Positions 47,231 through 60,809 of a stretch of DNA of 64,000 nt are shown piece by piece (the first letter of the stretch is position 1; each line of letters starts with the position of its first letter). Origin of the DNA: Chiloscyllium plagiosum (taxonomy: Eukaryota); contig NC_057711.1 in NCBI RefSeq assembly GCF_004010195.1, positions 73,422,736 through 73,486,735 of the forward strand. The letters run 5' to 3'. Under the pieces are notes generated by a model. The model saw only the letters and a list, made by a program, of their open reading frames with translations, was not told the DNA's origin and ran no database searches. Made by a program: the position numbers and the translations under genes.

Positions 47231-49214
47231 TTTTATAGTGCATAAGATCACTGCCTCAATTTATTGATTAAGTTGGATGTCTTTGTTCACCCTATGTGAT
47301 TTTTGTTTTGCTGAACTAAACCATTTCAAATCTTCAGTCATGTGTCTGTCAGTGGCACAGATAATTCTGCTTTGAGAGGTGGCAGATTGAGATGGTCTTT
47401 GCTAATGAAAGGAATGGAAAACAGTTTCATCAGTCTAATAAAAGATGTGACTTCCATCTCATTGATAGTATGAAACTATTCCTTCATTTCAATATATTTA
47501 TTATTGACTCTGCCATGAATCTTGGAAGCTCAATGAAATCTTCTGCTGGTTACTCCTTGACTGGGTAATTGACAATGGTTTGTTTCTGAACCAGTTATTC
47601 TCAGTGAACTACTTGAATGCTTTTTCTCCCATAAGGGTGTTGAGTCCAAGATATAATGCAGGCTCAAAAGTTGATGTAAGTCACATACACATTTTCAACT
47701 GTTGTACACTGCTTGTGCTTTTCTGTTAGTTGTGGTGTACCTTTAATCTTGGAAGCTGTTCGACTTGGACCATGTAGTTTCATCGTTGCGTGCTGTAACG
47801 TCTATTTCCTCAACCTCTGATGTCTAATGCGGCATGTCTACTGATGGAGGTGGTCCAACTACATTAACCTCTTTGCAGGAGTGAAACTTCGGCTTCTTCG
47901 TACTCTGAAACTGTTCTATTGCAAATTTTCTAGAAGTAGCCAATAGGTTTATAAATCCATCCTTTTTTGCCATACATCTGTCATATTCCAATGCAGTAAC
48001 CTACTGTCTTCAAGTTCGTATTCTTGAATTACATCAATACCATATCAATTTTGTTATTTCTGCAGTAGAACAATGCTGTGGAATTTTCCTCACCTGTAAA
48101 CTTTTAAATTCTGTTTTGGCAATGATGGCAAAGTTCCTCCACTAACTTATTTAAGTCCATTTAACTAGCATTCCTGTATTGCATGAATTCCTGCCAATGT
48201 TAAATGACATTAAATAGCAATAATGCATCTCTGCATGGCTTACAGGAATTTTCCCAAGATTTTTTGATGATGGTTTCCTGTCTTCTGGAAGGTTTTCCTG
48301 TCTTTTACAAAGATGAGGTTTCCTACTTCTTTCTCAACAAAACAGATGTTTTCTACTTTTCACAGCCCAAAACAACCCTTGCAACTGTTTTTAATTAAAC
48401 TTTTGGGGCTACAGCCTTAATAAAACTTCCTTAAACATTGTAGCCTATGAGTGTGTCAGTCTCCTATTTAAAGTTTATTTTGCTATACTCTTCCTTCTTT
48501 TAAATTTGCCTTTTAGTCCTGTTAAAACGATAAGCACTGTCAGCAACCTCTTTCATCACTTTACTGATGATTGAATGTAGACTGATGGGGCAACAGTTGG
48601 CCAGGTTGGATAGGTGTTGGTTTCGTGTTGGTTTCTATGTACAGGACTTGGCTGGACAATTTTCTACAATAGATTATCATGTATTGGAACACCATGGTCA
48701 AAACAGTTTGTTTTAAAACATAAATTCATTTGGTTTGGGAGAAATGCATTCAAAAGGGAAGGGACCCTTTTAAAAATTAATCTTATGACCAACTGATTAT
48801 TGGATGAATAAAAAGGTGGACCTAATACATCCCTCCTCCTCCAGGAGCTTGAAAATTTGGTTATTCCCAATTGGAACCATAATAAATTGGGGAACCTCAT
48901 CTGGGGGAGATAAAAAATATTTGGGTTGGATCTTTGTATTTTAGGATTGGCTAAGCTATTTTCAGAAACCATGGCCGAAGATTAATAGAGAGGATTATTA
49001 AAATTGATCAAGATTGGATGTTTAGATCTTCTCTCACACACCCATTGTTAGCTTTCATAGAATAGAGAAATTGACAATTTTTAAATTTGATCTCTAAAAA
49101 GATATATTTACCATGTTTTCACAATGTCAATTATGCATTTTGGTTTAAATCTTCTTATGGTTAAATTATCTAAATGTTTCAATATGACGACTTTGGGATT
49201 GACTTTATTTGTCC

Positions 49215-49610
49215 CAGAAAAAGAGTGACTGGGATGGGGGAAATCTGATGGAGGTTGACAAGTAAGAAGAGACATAGATAGGGAGAAACCTTTCCTTTTT
49301 GGGGGAGGGGTCAATAGCCAAGGGCACAGTTTTAAGGTAAGAAGCAGGTGGTTTAGAAGGAACTTGAAAAAAAAAGTTGACACAAAGGATTGTGGGCATT
49401 TAGAATTCACTACCTGAAAGTGTGGCAGAGGTGGGAATGCACAGGACATTGAAGAAGAACCGTTTAGATGAGTACTTGAAATGCCATACCATACAATACC
49501 ATCACCTATGTGGCAGAATTTGGGATTAGATTAGATGATGAATGTCTGATGACTGGCTTAGATAATGGGTTGAGGGGCCTCTTTCTCTGCTGTAAGCACT
49601 TGGTGAATCT
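49215..49610 (+). mobile_element. decayed CR1-type LINE 3' end
   Basis: ggggtcaatagccaagggcacagttttaaggtaaga...tttagatgagtacttgaaatgccat. Confidence 0.7.
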
Positions 49611-50179
49611 ATGTCTCTAATCTGATTTGATATCTGCATTAATAAGAGTCAGAATTTTTATAAACCAACTGAATGCTGGTCAATAGCTTACAAGTTTTTA
49701 CATACTGTTACAGAATTGATGAACTTACAGCGTAGTCTGCTCCAATACGCAATGTTACGATGGATGGAAAAATAATGCAGCAGCAGTGATTTAATGAAAT
49801 GGGTCAATAGGGTAAAAGGCAGAAGTAGTGAAAGAAAATAGTAACACATTTTAATGAATCTTTGGAAAATATTAAGGCCACTGCACCATCCCCAGACAAT
49901 TATTTTCATATGACAAATGCAGAAGAGAATTCTTGTCAATACAGCATAGTTAATATGTTTCTAAGAAAGTGATTCAGTTCATTAAAACAAAATCAAAAGA
50001 CAAATCAAGAAAGAGGGCACCTATGTTGATGTGATTGTCTCTGAAGTTACTTCAGCAAAAGTTCACACCCATTTAGGCAGGTGGTGAATTCCCACTCAAA
50101 TAGGACATCTTGGGGAGTCACAGTGGTGCTTTCCAGAGGACAGTATAAAACAGAAAATGAAATTCATACTTTTGCTGCT

Positions 50180-51135
50180 CCCATCCATAAACATGCAAAT
50201 ACTGTCATCAAATCATGATGGCATTTGACCCAACAAGCCTATGCCAGCTCTAAAAGAAATCCAGTTCTGTTCCTCAAGTCTTGCAAGTTTACTTTTAATT
50301 GTTCAACCAATTTCATTTTTAAAATCATTGACAGTTTCCTCTTTCATCAACCTGGTAGGCAGTAAGTTCCAGACTATTACTATTTGTTACGTAAAATATT
50401 CTTCCCTACAACTTCTGCTGCTCTTGCCACAATCCTTAAGTTACATCCTCTTGTGCACATATGATTAACTAATAGGAATGTATTCTTTGTTTATATTATC
50501 TAAGCATTCACAAAGAGGGTTTGAAGAGGAACATACTACAGCCTATTTCAAATGGAAAATAAATAATTTTAAAACTCTGGTTTAATCAAAGATAAAAAAT
50601 AATTCAATTTACCTGTTTTCACTTCCTATAATATTTTTATATGTAAAAAGTAATGGTACTTGCACTGAACAGGTCATATGTGCACCTATCCTCTTCTCTC
50701 TTTCCTCTCCTCTCCCCCCCCAGTTTGTTGAACTTTTTTTTTTAAAATCCAGGCAGACAACGGCCTTTCCTGTTCTTTGAACTTCAATTTCATCAGTATG
50801 CCTTTTACATGGCATTTTGTCAAACACTTCCTTGAAATATATGCAGGCACTCATTACATTGATTAAGTAACAGGATGTTGAAGACAAAAAATTGAATTTG
50901 ATTAGCCACACAATATTGTATAAACTTCAGGGCCATTTCTTTAAAATTAAAAATATGTTTCCCTCTATTACCAACCACTGTCTAGTTATTGCTTGCAAAG
51001 TAGCCATAGTGAAGACCATAAGAAATAGGAGTAGGCCGTTTGGGCTTGAGCCTGCTCTGACATTTAATAGGATCATGGCTCATCAGCCATTGATGTCTAC
51101 TCTCCTGCCTTTTCTCTATAACCCTTGATAACTTC
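50180..51135 (-). mobile_element. heavily decayed CR1-type fragments
   Basis: ORF 50609-50911 has IYFKEVFDKMPCKR (cf. DFQKAFDKVPH); 51010-51135 is a reverse CR1 3'UTR. Confidence 0.55.
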
Positions 51136-51144
51136 TTGATCACT

Positions 51145-51825
51145 GTAGACAGGCACGAGGCTGGAAGAACACAGCAAGTCAGGCAGCATCAGGAGATGGA
51201 GATGTTGGTTTCAGGTGTAACCTTTCTTCAGGACTGGGTGCAGCAAAGTAGGGATACATGAAGACAGGCAGAGGATATGAGCAGGTTGGTCAATAGAATG
51301 ACTGACTTCAGTAGGTGGATTGGAGGGTGGGGGAGGAGGAGCTGGGAAGTGGTCAGGCAATGGGGAGGTGGTTATTTAAATTGGAGAAAAATAGAGCATT
51401 CTGGACTGTAGGCTTCCCAGGCAAATTATGAGGGGTTGTTCCTCCAATTTGGGGTTTGGTTTGTTGTGGCAATGGAGGAAGCAAAGGATGATCATGTCAG
51501 AAAAGGGGGTGGGGTGGGAAAGAGAATTACAATGGGTGGTGACTGGATGGTTGATTGGCTGGCCCCTGCAGGCCCACCCAAGATGCTCAGCGAACTGTTC
51601 CAAGTTTACATTTGGTCTCCCTGATGTAGAGAAGACTACATAGTGTGGTCCCCACCCATCCATTCCTACCTGCATCTACCTATCACCAACCCATCCATCC
51701 TTACCCAGACCCACTCCCTCTGTTTTGCAGCCCCCTTCCTCAGTCCTGATGAAAAAGGTACCAACCAGAAGCTTCAACACCCCTCTTGCTGTTACTCTAC
51801 CTGCTGTGCTACTACTTCCAGCAAT
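51145..51825 (-). mobile_element. decayed Neptune-type PLE with GIY-YIG endonuclease remnant and inverted pLTR
   Basis: Minus strand: CSLLYIRETKCKLG/EQFAEHL...HPVTTHCNSLSH...DMIILCFLHCHN...KLEEQPLIICLGSLQ; pLTR/HHR remnants at 51150-51235 (-) and 51740-51825 (+). Confidence 0.85.
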
Positions 51826-52739
51826 TATGCTTTAATTTACTTTTATCTAAAAAAGTTCTATTGAATAATTAATTATATACAAATTAAATCAATGATTTTA
51901 CCAAATAACTGTTGACATTGAATACTTATGATATAAAGCAAAGACAGATTTTTAAAATCAGGGAATCAAGCATTATAGAGAAAAGACAGGAAAGTGTGAT
52001 TGAGGACTCCAATCAGCATGATCTCATTTGAATGAGAGCCAACTATAGGCTGAAAGGCCTACTTCCACTCCACATTATGGCCTCATTTTAACCGAGAGTG
52101 TGAATGAATAGTGACAGTTCCAAGTCAGGATTGTTTTGGTAGACAACCTGAAAAGGATGGATGTCATTCGTCTTTCTATTACCTAGTCCAGCTCCAACAT
52201 TGACCACTGCAGTGCAAACCATTATCTCAAGATAATTGTTTTTAAAATAAATCACTGAAGTGCCTTGAAATATTTTTCTTATGAGCTGCCTTAAGAGGTT
52301 GTTGTGTTGACCAAGTGGTTCTAACATATTAAGATTCATTTCAGCACAAGACCATCAGCTAGTCAAGTAATACCAAATTGTCTTTGTTAACTCAGATTTA
52401 AAATTTGTGCTATCCCATATCCTTCACACATTTGATGTTCCCTTCCATATTGAAGTACACTTAGCAGTTTAATCTCCAGGGGAAAAAAAACCTATTTGAA
52501 TTGGAAATTTAAAAAACCTCAGCTTTGCTCATGTTCAAGGGTTAGTCAATTTCTATTTGAATTTGCTCAATTAAAACAAAGCAATTTTGAGGGGAAATCT
52601 TCAGGCCGAAGTGTCCTTTCCTCCACTCCAAGCCAACAGAGTTCATTTAATCAAAAGATACCCACTTAAAATGGCTTGAGGTCAAATGACTTTTGCAATT
52701 TCTGCTTTAAGCCTTCCAGAAATATCCTGAAATAACTAT

Positions 52740-54320
52740 GGGTGTAGGCCTCCTCCTGTAGGGGTACCCAGCTGAAGACTGAAATTTAAAAATGCACTTT
52801 GCTGTTATCTGGAAACTTACCCAGAGTTGAAACACTAACAATTAGAGCTGTACAGAAGTTGCAGTGAAGTGACAAGTGTTGCCATTGAACCTGCTCAGCA
52901 GCATATTACTGACAGTTTGGGGTGGGTTAGATTCAGCTTCTGACCTTATTACTATCTTGGTTCAAATGTGGACAAAAAAGCTGAATTCCAAAGTTATGGC
53001 AAAAGTGGTTGCCTTTTAAATATGTGGGGCATCAAGGATCCTTCAGAAATTTCAGTGGGAATCAGTTGAAACTCAGTCATGTGGCACATGGGAGAACTCA
53101 TGGTGCAGTACTAACATCCCTGAGCTATAAGACTTGGGTTCAAATCCCACTGGCTCCAGAGGTATTTCATGACATCTGTGCAGAAGGAAGGAAAATATCT
53201 GGCACAGAAAGATGGCTGTAGTCAGAGGTCTTTCATCTCAGCTCTATGACATCTGTACAAGACATCCTTAGTAGATTTTAAAAAACCTTGTTCAGAGATG
53301 TTATTGCATAACTTTGGGAATGTAAACCTGGCCTGCTTTTGGACAGTGACACTATCACTGTACCACAAGATAATAGCTCTAAGATCTCTTCTTTCTCAGT
53401 ACTACCTGTATTTTCCCCAGCAAGCTGCTAGAGCCTGATCAAACATTAGTATCTCTTCTGGTTCAAAATCCTGGAACTCCCTCAAAAAGGCATGAAAAAG
53501 TTTACCTACAGCACATTGACTATCTCTGGCTGGCAGCTCACCACCACCTTTGATTAGGGGCAGGTAATAAACATTGGCCTGGTCAGCAACACCCACGTCC
53601 CACAAAAGCAACACCAATTTATCCTCAGTTGTGAAGAGCTAATTCATTCTACAGCAATGACTTTAGTCAAGTTGTTCCAGGTAGATCAGTATTTGTCCTG
53701 TGCCCGAAACAAACTAAAAAGCAAGCTTTGAAGACCCAGAGTCTGTGGAGCACAATAAGCCATAACAGTTGCAGAACGATCTGTAATTGCTGCCTTAAGA
53801 ATACAGTATTTAATATTTTAAAAACGGTCCTAAAATCTTAACACTCCACAAGGAAAAAGGCATCTTTACTGCACCCAGAGATAGTCACAGCACAAAAAAA
53901 AAGACCCATTTTCCATGCAAGTCATCAAGCACCATCTCCAATCCTATTTTCCACCAAAAGCTAGACAAGATAGTATGCCCATTCCCCCAACTTGTGAATT
54001 TGGAGCAATTTTACTGTGGAGCAGAGGGCATTTAGACTTTTGGGTGAAATAACTCAAAAATCTATTACATGGGAGCACAGCCCTCCTGCAAGTTGCCTTC
54101 CAAGCCACTAACAATCCTGAGTTGGAAATACAATTACCATTCCTTCACTGTCACTGGGTCAAAATTCTGGAACACCCTTCCAAACGGTATTGTAGGTTAA
54201 CCTTAAGTGCATTGCAGCCATGAAAAAGGGAGGCAGCTCTATCACCGCCAGGGCAACCAAGAATGGATAATAAATGCTGGCTGGCCAATGACACCTACAT
54301 CCCACAAATGAATAAAGCTC
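52740..54320 (+). mobile_element. fragments of the second CR1-group lineage (52860-53610, 54095-54320) and a short SINE
   Basis: caaaatcctggaactccct...gcagctcaccaccacc...aataaatgctggc 3' ends; tgaccttattactatcttggttcaaatgtggaca RT-region remnant. Confidence 0.6.
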
Positions 54321-55194
54321 TTAAACCACATGCTAATTGAATTTATCACATCTACCTTTCCAAAACACTAGAAGGAATTTGCAGGTTTCAGTTTAGCTCT
54401 GTTGTCCCAACACCATTGAAGTGACTGTGGTAAGCCACTGAATCTACACTTAATGGTTAACTTTACGGAAAGTGAAAGCTGCAATACTCTAGCTTTTAGA
54501 AATAATTTTGGATTTTTTCCACAATATTCCACTGGTCATGACAAAAATAGACTTTGATCTTGAATGCATATGGAATTTCTATGAATTGAATGGCTTTTAA
54601 AAAACCAAAAATACTGACTTAGAAATATATACAGGCATCACTATCGCAGCAGGTTGGCCAACTTTCATGACTGATGTTGAGTGACAAGACCAATGAGATT
54701 AAAAATCTACCCAAGAGCCAATAAACCAGTCAGCCCAAAAAAAGGCACAAAATGTCTTCATCTATTTGATTTACATCTGAGAATCATTATTCCAAACATG
54801 TTCACAACATGCTACAGATTCAAAAGCTTACAACTGCCAGTTTGAATGCAAACTCAAAATACATTGTGTTCTATTTTAAGAGAAGATAGGTTAGACTGAA
54901 CAGACTGGAGAAGTTTGCTGTTGAAAGATTAGGAAATAACAATCTATTTTTCCCCTTAGGGCCAGCAATTAAACCATTTAATTCCCTTGAATTTTTGACT
55001 AATTGAAGATGATGTAGCCTCATGCTAAGAGTATAAAACTACTGTTATGACCAACTGAAAGTTAAGAGCCAGTTCACTCCCATTTGGTTGAAGCACTGAG
55101 GACAATGCAAAATTAAAGTGGAAACACCAAAAAGATACCTGGAAGAGAAACAGGGTAAGGTACATGGGCCAAGTGTATACAACTCTAAATTAAA

Positions 55195-55300
55195 GTGGGA
55201 AAGAAATGAGTTATTCTGTACATATTTATTTACATCCAATTTCGCATAAATGTGGACAAGCATGATTATATGCATTACATAAATATAAATACTTCTGTAC
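55195..55300 (-). terminator. cleavage/polyadenylation site
   Basis: Minus-strand AATAAA (55230-55225), several upstream UGUA, a CA ~17 nt downstream, then a U-rich tttctttccc element. Confidence 0.6.
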
Positions 55301-56849
55301 AAATTACATACCAAGATTAAAAATTAAAAAGGCATACTGTAGTTTGTCAACAAAACTTAAGCTGTGTACAGTAGTTGAATATGCAGAGTTATTGCAAGAA
55401 TGAATAGTAATCAAAGTCACAGCCTGTTAAAATTAAGATTTGATCACGCTACATGTTAAATTGTACTAGATTTAAAATGAACTAATTTGTACATCACAAA
55501 TCTAATAACAGATGTAAACGTACAATAGCTTCAATTGAGCATACTGTCATTTCTACAGTTCAACATTTTACACTGCTGAGGACATGCAGTCCATGCAATA
55601 AGCCAATGTTATAATCCTAACACTGTAGAATATATAGCACAGTTGTAATGCACTGTGGTCATGGTGGGATTGAGTAATGACAGGTGTGCACTATCAGCAG
55701 ATGAACATACTAAAACAATTAATGTCCTTAAGTGGCACACAGCCTATCAAATTAACTCATCTGCTTGAGCAGAGCACACAGTTTAACAGACAAAAGGAGT
55801 TAAGAAAAATAACTGGGCACTACATGCAGTCATACAAGCCATGCAAGGCTCTCTTCTCCCAGGTTGGTGATAGGAGGCTACCAAACTATGAAAATTGGCA
55901 TTTTATTACACATTTGAATCCATGTGGCAAGTGTAATGAGATGCACCAACATATGCAATATAATTGGGACATTACCAATTAGTTACTTGGACACCGTTAA
56001 TTCATTCACATCTGTTAAAAGCATGTGCAATTTTTGTAAACAGCCTGCATGTATCATATTGAGCTACATAGAGTTAATGTTTAAATTAATGAAGGCAGAG
56101 TTGCTATTCTAGGAGAAAGAGGCTCAGATTCATTGGCCTCGACAGCATTCTGTATTATTCAGACTCCCATTTTAAATACTTTGAACACATTTACAGGCTG
56201 ATTGTGTTCTAGTAGAGGAAAATTGTTTTCTAATTAAAGTCTTAAAAACAAGTCAACTTGAAAAGCCTTCCCTATTTGCACAAGTTTTCCCTGAATAACA
56301 TCAGCATGAAAGTCATTAACCTACAAAACTGAGTCTACGTATGCCTATGTGAAGACAGCTCCAAGACTAATGGAATTGGCTATGCACCTTAAAATCCAAG
56401 TTATTCAAATATACAGTCTATCATATTTTAAAATCTATTTAACTCTATAGACTATACTAGAAGTCATCCAAAGATTGAAGTCTGCTTAGGCACTAGAAAC
56501 ATGTTATCAAACAAGTTTTTGGTTGGTCAATTTACTCAATTAAAAGCACTACAACATACTGTCTTAAGCTAGCTTGGCACATCAACCACTACTAGTGATC
56601 GCCATTTAACCAGCTCATTCCATTCATTTTGTAGGTCAACGGTTTCACTTGTTGCGATTAGTACTGTGTGCTCAATTGCATTTAGTATTGTCCAGCCACC
56701 TTACAATTAGGAACTAGGGTTAAAGCACAATTGGAGAACAGACAAGGATTAAAACAGCCCATGCATCTGCTCTATGAGGACCCTAAAATAGATTGGGGAT
56801 AAAAAGAAATAAATGCAGTCTTTGATAGTTATTGTCTTCAATTGCCTGT
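55207..56849 (-). other. ZFAND5: putative ZFAND5 3'UTR (~1.6 kb)
   Basis: TE-free AT-rich stretch from the stop codon to a complete poly(A) site; the end position is inferred. Confidence 0.65.
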
Positions 56850-56998
56850 TTAAATCCTCTGAATTTTCTCAGCCACAATAATAGGGTTCTCTTTCCTGAT
56901 TTTCATTGCTGCTTCTGCCTTGTAATCATAAGGGCAATTATGTTTATCTGAGTAACGATGAAGTCCACAGAACAAGTTCCCACAACGACAGTCAAAAC
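56850..56998 (-). CDS. ZFAND5: ZFAND5 (AN1-type zinc finger protein 5) last coding exon
   Basis: Translates (G)[48 protein letters not shown], nearly identical to the recalled vertebrate ZFAND5 C-terminus and distinct from ZFAND6 (FECRCGNVYCGVH). Phase-1 acceptor ttttctcttctcttctatagcag|. No upstream exon was found in the window. Confidence 0.95.
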
Positions 56999-57529
56999 CT
57001 GCTATAGAAGAGAAGAGAAAATCTTTATTCTAGCTTAAGTAGTATGAATTCAAAACCAGTGTTTTTATAAAGAGTTACATTGCTATTCATGCAGGTGCAT
57101 CATGCTCATTTCCACCCAGAAATAAAGAATTTAATTTAAAAGTTGAGCAACCTGTACAAGAAATAGCTTGGTGTTGATATATCAAGTTCTTCACTCCAAT
57201 TAGTCATTGTGGCTACAAGCAGTAGCTATCAAGCTATTTTGGCATAAAAAGGCCTAAGAATGTCAAAGTGACCACCCATGTGGATTAAGTTATGGCCAGA
57301 GAATTTAACAACTAAACCAGTTGTGAACTAAAATTGATTTAAAACTAAAGGATCTTTGACAGGACATACAACAGGGATGTGAAATGATCAGGATATCAAA
57401 AGCAATTTAAGCAGGAAGAATATGAAACAAAAGAAAACCATGTCAGAATGAGAAGCTAAAGTAGGAAAATGATCTTGCGTAGTAAAAGAAAATTGGAATT
57501 AAATCATAATGAGGAGGTTGCTAAGCTGA

Positions 57530-57910
57530 AATCTCTACATATTCATCTTCCATCACCTTTCTCAAATTCATCCATGAGCAATACCAAGGGAAGAGGTCAC
57601 TTAAAGGATATAATAGCAGAACATGCAGAAATACACAATCATGCAGCCAGCTTTGATTTAGGAATGGGAAATCATGCTTGACAAAGTTCTTTGACATGGT
57701 ATAAGCAGGATAGGCAAAGGGAACTTGTAACATTTGGATTTGCAAAAGACATTTAAGTTGTGTTAATTCCAATAGGTTAGGAGACTATGGTGTTGGGGTA
57801 GTACAGCAGTACAGATAGAGGATAGCTAACTGTTAGACAGTGGAGATAAAATACCATTTTCAAGATGGCTACCTGCAACTAATGGAGTATTACAGGATCA
57901 GTGCTGGGCG
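57530..57910 (+). mobile_element. decayed CR1 RT fragment (ZFAND5 intron)
   Basis: gggaaatcatgcttgacaaa (GKSCLT), ttggatttgcaaaagacattt, ggagtattacaggatcagtgctggg. Confidence 0.7.
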
Positions 57911-58014
57911 GGGGGGGGGGGGGCAGTTACTGGATATTTTGTTTCAGGTGGTCATCACACCAGTAGATTAAGTACCTTAAAGGTCAGTCCGGTCAGAGCA
58001 GGGTGTGACTGTGG

Positions 58015-58800
58015 GTCATAGATGTACCGCATGGAAACAGACCCTTCGGCCCAACTAGTCCATGCCAACCAGATATCCCAATCAATCAATCTAGTCCCAC
58101 TTGTCAGCACCAAACCCATATCTTCCAAAGCCATCTATTTATATACCCATCCAGATGCCTTTTAAGTGTTACAATTGCACTAGCCTCCACCACTTCTGGC
58201 AGCTCATTCCATCATGTACCACCCTCTGAAAAAGTTGCCCCTTAGGTCTCATATCTTTCCCCACTCACCCTAAACCTATGCCCTCAGTTTTGGACTCCCC
58301 CACCCCAGGGAAAAGATTGCCTATTTACCCTACCCATGCCCCTCATGATTTTATAAACATGAGGTCACCCCTCAACCTCCAATGCTCCAGGGAAAGCAGC
58401 TCAGGCTTTTCAACCTCTCCCTATAGCTCAAATCCACGATTCCTGGCAACAGCCTTGTAACCCTTTCAAGTTTCACAACATCCTTCTGATAGGAAGATCA
58501 GAATTGCACGCAATATTCCAAAAGTGGCCTAACCAACATTCCTGTACAGCTGCAACATGACCCAACTCCTGTACCTGATACTCTGACCAAAGAAAGCAAG
58601 CATACTAAACTCCTTCAAGGAGCTATGAACCTGCACTTCAGGGTCTTTGTTCAGTAACACTCCCTAGAACCTTCAGTGTACAAGTCCTGCTAAGATTTGC
58701 TTTCCCAAAATGCAGCACCTCATTTATCTAAATTAAACTCCATCTGCCACTCCTCAGCCCATTGGCCCATCTGATCAAGATCCCATTGTAATCAGAGTGA
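58015..58800 (-). mobile_element. CR1/HER1 3' fragment
   Basis: Same sequence family as 45993-46800; reverse 3'UTR gtcatagatgtaccgcatggaaacagacccttcggcc. Confidence 0.9.
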
Positions 58801-59029
58801 GGCAGGTAGTGGGATCCTGTATTCTGGAACAGAGGAGCCTCTGATCTTGATCTTGCCCAACAGGTACAATGAAATTTGCTCCCTGTACAGCTATAGGGAG
58901 GATGAGCCAGCTGACCATGGCACTGATTTAGGAGACCATTCAACAGGAAGAAGCCAAAACAATTGGTAGTTTAAGAGATTATAAAACTTGGAATAGACAG
59001 CATCCTTTGTTAGCAGGATCAAGACTCCT

Positions 59030-60390
59030 GTAAGACCATAAGACACAGGAGCGGAAGTAAGACCATTCGGCCCATCGAGTCCACTCCGCCATTCAATCAT
59101 GGCTGATGCGCATTTCAACTCCACTTACCCGCATTCTCCCCGTAGCCCTTAATTCCTTGTGACATCAAGAATTTATCAATTTCTGCCTTGAAGACATTTA
59201 GTGTCCCGCCTCCACTGCACTCTGGGGCAATGAATTCCACAGGCCCACCACTCTCAGGCTGAAGAAATGTCTCCACATTTCTGTTCTGAATTTACCCCCT
59301 CTAATTCTAAGGCTGTGTCCACGGGTCCTATCTCCTCGCCTAACAGAAACAATTTCCTAGCGTCCACCCTCTCCAAGCCATGTATTATCTTGTAAGTTTC
59401 TATTAGATCTCCCCTTAATCTTCTAAACTCCAATGAATACAATCCCAGGATCCTCAGCCATTCCTCATATGTTAGAGCTTCCATTCCAGGGATCATCCGT
59501 GTGAATCTCCGCTGGACACGCTCCAGTGCCAGTATGTTCTTCCTGAGGTGTGGGGACCAAAACTGGACACAGTACTCCAAATAGGGCCCAACCAGAGCTT
59601 TATAAAGTCTCAGTAGCACAACAGTGCTTTTATATTCCAACCCCCTTGAGATAATTGACAACATTGCATTCGCTTTCTTAATCACGGACTCAACCTGCAT
59701 GTTTACCTTTAGAGAATCCTCAACTAGCACTCCCAGATTCCTCTGTACTTTGGCTTTACGAATTTTCTCAGTTTAGAAAGTAATCCATGCTTCTATTCTT
59801 TTTCCCAAAGTGCAAGACCTCGCATTTGCTCACATGGAATTCCATCAACCATTTCCTGGACCACTCCTCCAAACTGTCTAGATCCTTCTGCAGCCTCCCC
59901 ACTTCCTCAGTACTACCTACCTATCCACCTAACTTTGTATCGTCGGCAAACTTCGCTAGAATGCCCCCAGTCCCTTCATCCAGATCATTAATATATAATG
60001 TGAACAGCTGCGGTCCCAACATTGAACCCTGCGGGACACCGCTTGTCACCGGCTGCCATTCCGAAAAAGAACTTTTATCCCTACTCTCTGCCTCCTGTCA
60101 GACAGCCAATCCTCAAATCAATACCAGCAGCTCACCTCGAACACCATGGGCCCTCACCTTGCTCAGCAGTCTCCCGTGTGGCACCTTATCAAAGGCCTTT
60201 TGGAAGTCTAGGTAGACCACATCCACTGGGTTTCTCCGGTCTAACCTACTTGTCACCTCTTCAAAGAACTCCAACAGGTTTGTCAGGCACGACCTCCCCT
60301 TACTAAATCCATGTTGACTTGTTCTAATTCGACCTTGCTCTTCCAAGAATTTAGAAACCTCATCCTTAATGATGGATTCTAGAATTTTAC
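59030..60390 (-). mobile_element. young CR1-type LINE, RT to 3' end
   Basis: ORFs 60113-60346 (SQHGFSKGRSCLTNLLEFFEEVT...YLDFQKAFDKVPHGRLL) and 59254-59730 (LYKALVGPYLEYCVQFWSP...LRGDLIETYKI). Confidence 0.95.
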
Positions 60391-60497
60391 TAGAAGGTAT
60401 GCTGCCTGTCTAGTGCCAAGGTAAGGGACATCCGACTGACTTGAAAGGATATTGGGGGAAAAAAAAAAAAGAGGGAATCCAATTGTGGCCTATATCA

Positions 60498-60790
60498 GGG
60501 CAAAACGATTTGGGTTAGCACTGCTGCCTCACAGCACCAGAAACCCTCTAGGTTCAATTCCTGCCTCAGCCGACTGTATGGAGTTTGCACAATTCTCCCA
60601 GTGTCTGCGTGGGTTTCCTCCCACAATCCAAAAAAGTGTGCAGGTTAGGTGAATTGGCCATGCTAAATTGCCGGTGTTAGGTGAAGGGGTAAATGTAGGG
60701 GAATGGGTTTGGAAGGGTTGCGCTTCATCAAGTCAGTGTGGACTTGTTGGGCCGAAGGGCCTGTTTCCACACTAAGTAATCTAATCTAAT
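60498..60790 (+). mobile_element. HE1-type V-SINE, near full length
   Basis: ggttagcactgctgcctcacagcaccag...ggttcaattcc (tRNA head), tggagtttgcac..tctccc..gtgtctgcgtgggtttcctcc (V domain), (taatc)n tail. Confidence 0.9.
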
Positions 60791-60809
60791 GTGGGCATGA
60801 CTCGAAAAA

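Noticed and set aside
48680..49200. L1/Tx1 remnant (KFIWFGRN)
   Set aside because: A single short motif; too decayed to call.
60498..60570. tRNA gene
   Set aside because: The A/B boxes belong to an HE1 SINE head followed by V-domain and LINE tail; no cloverleaf.
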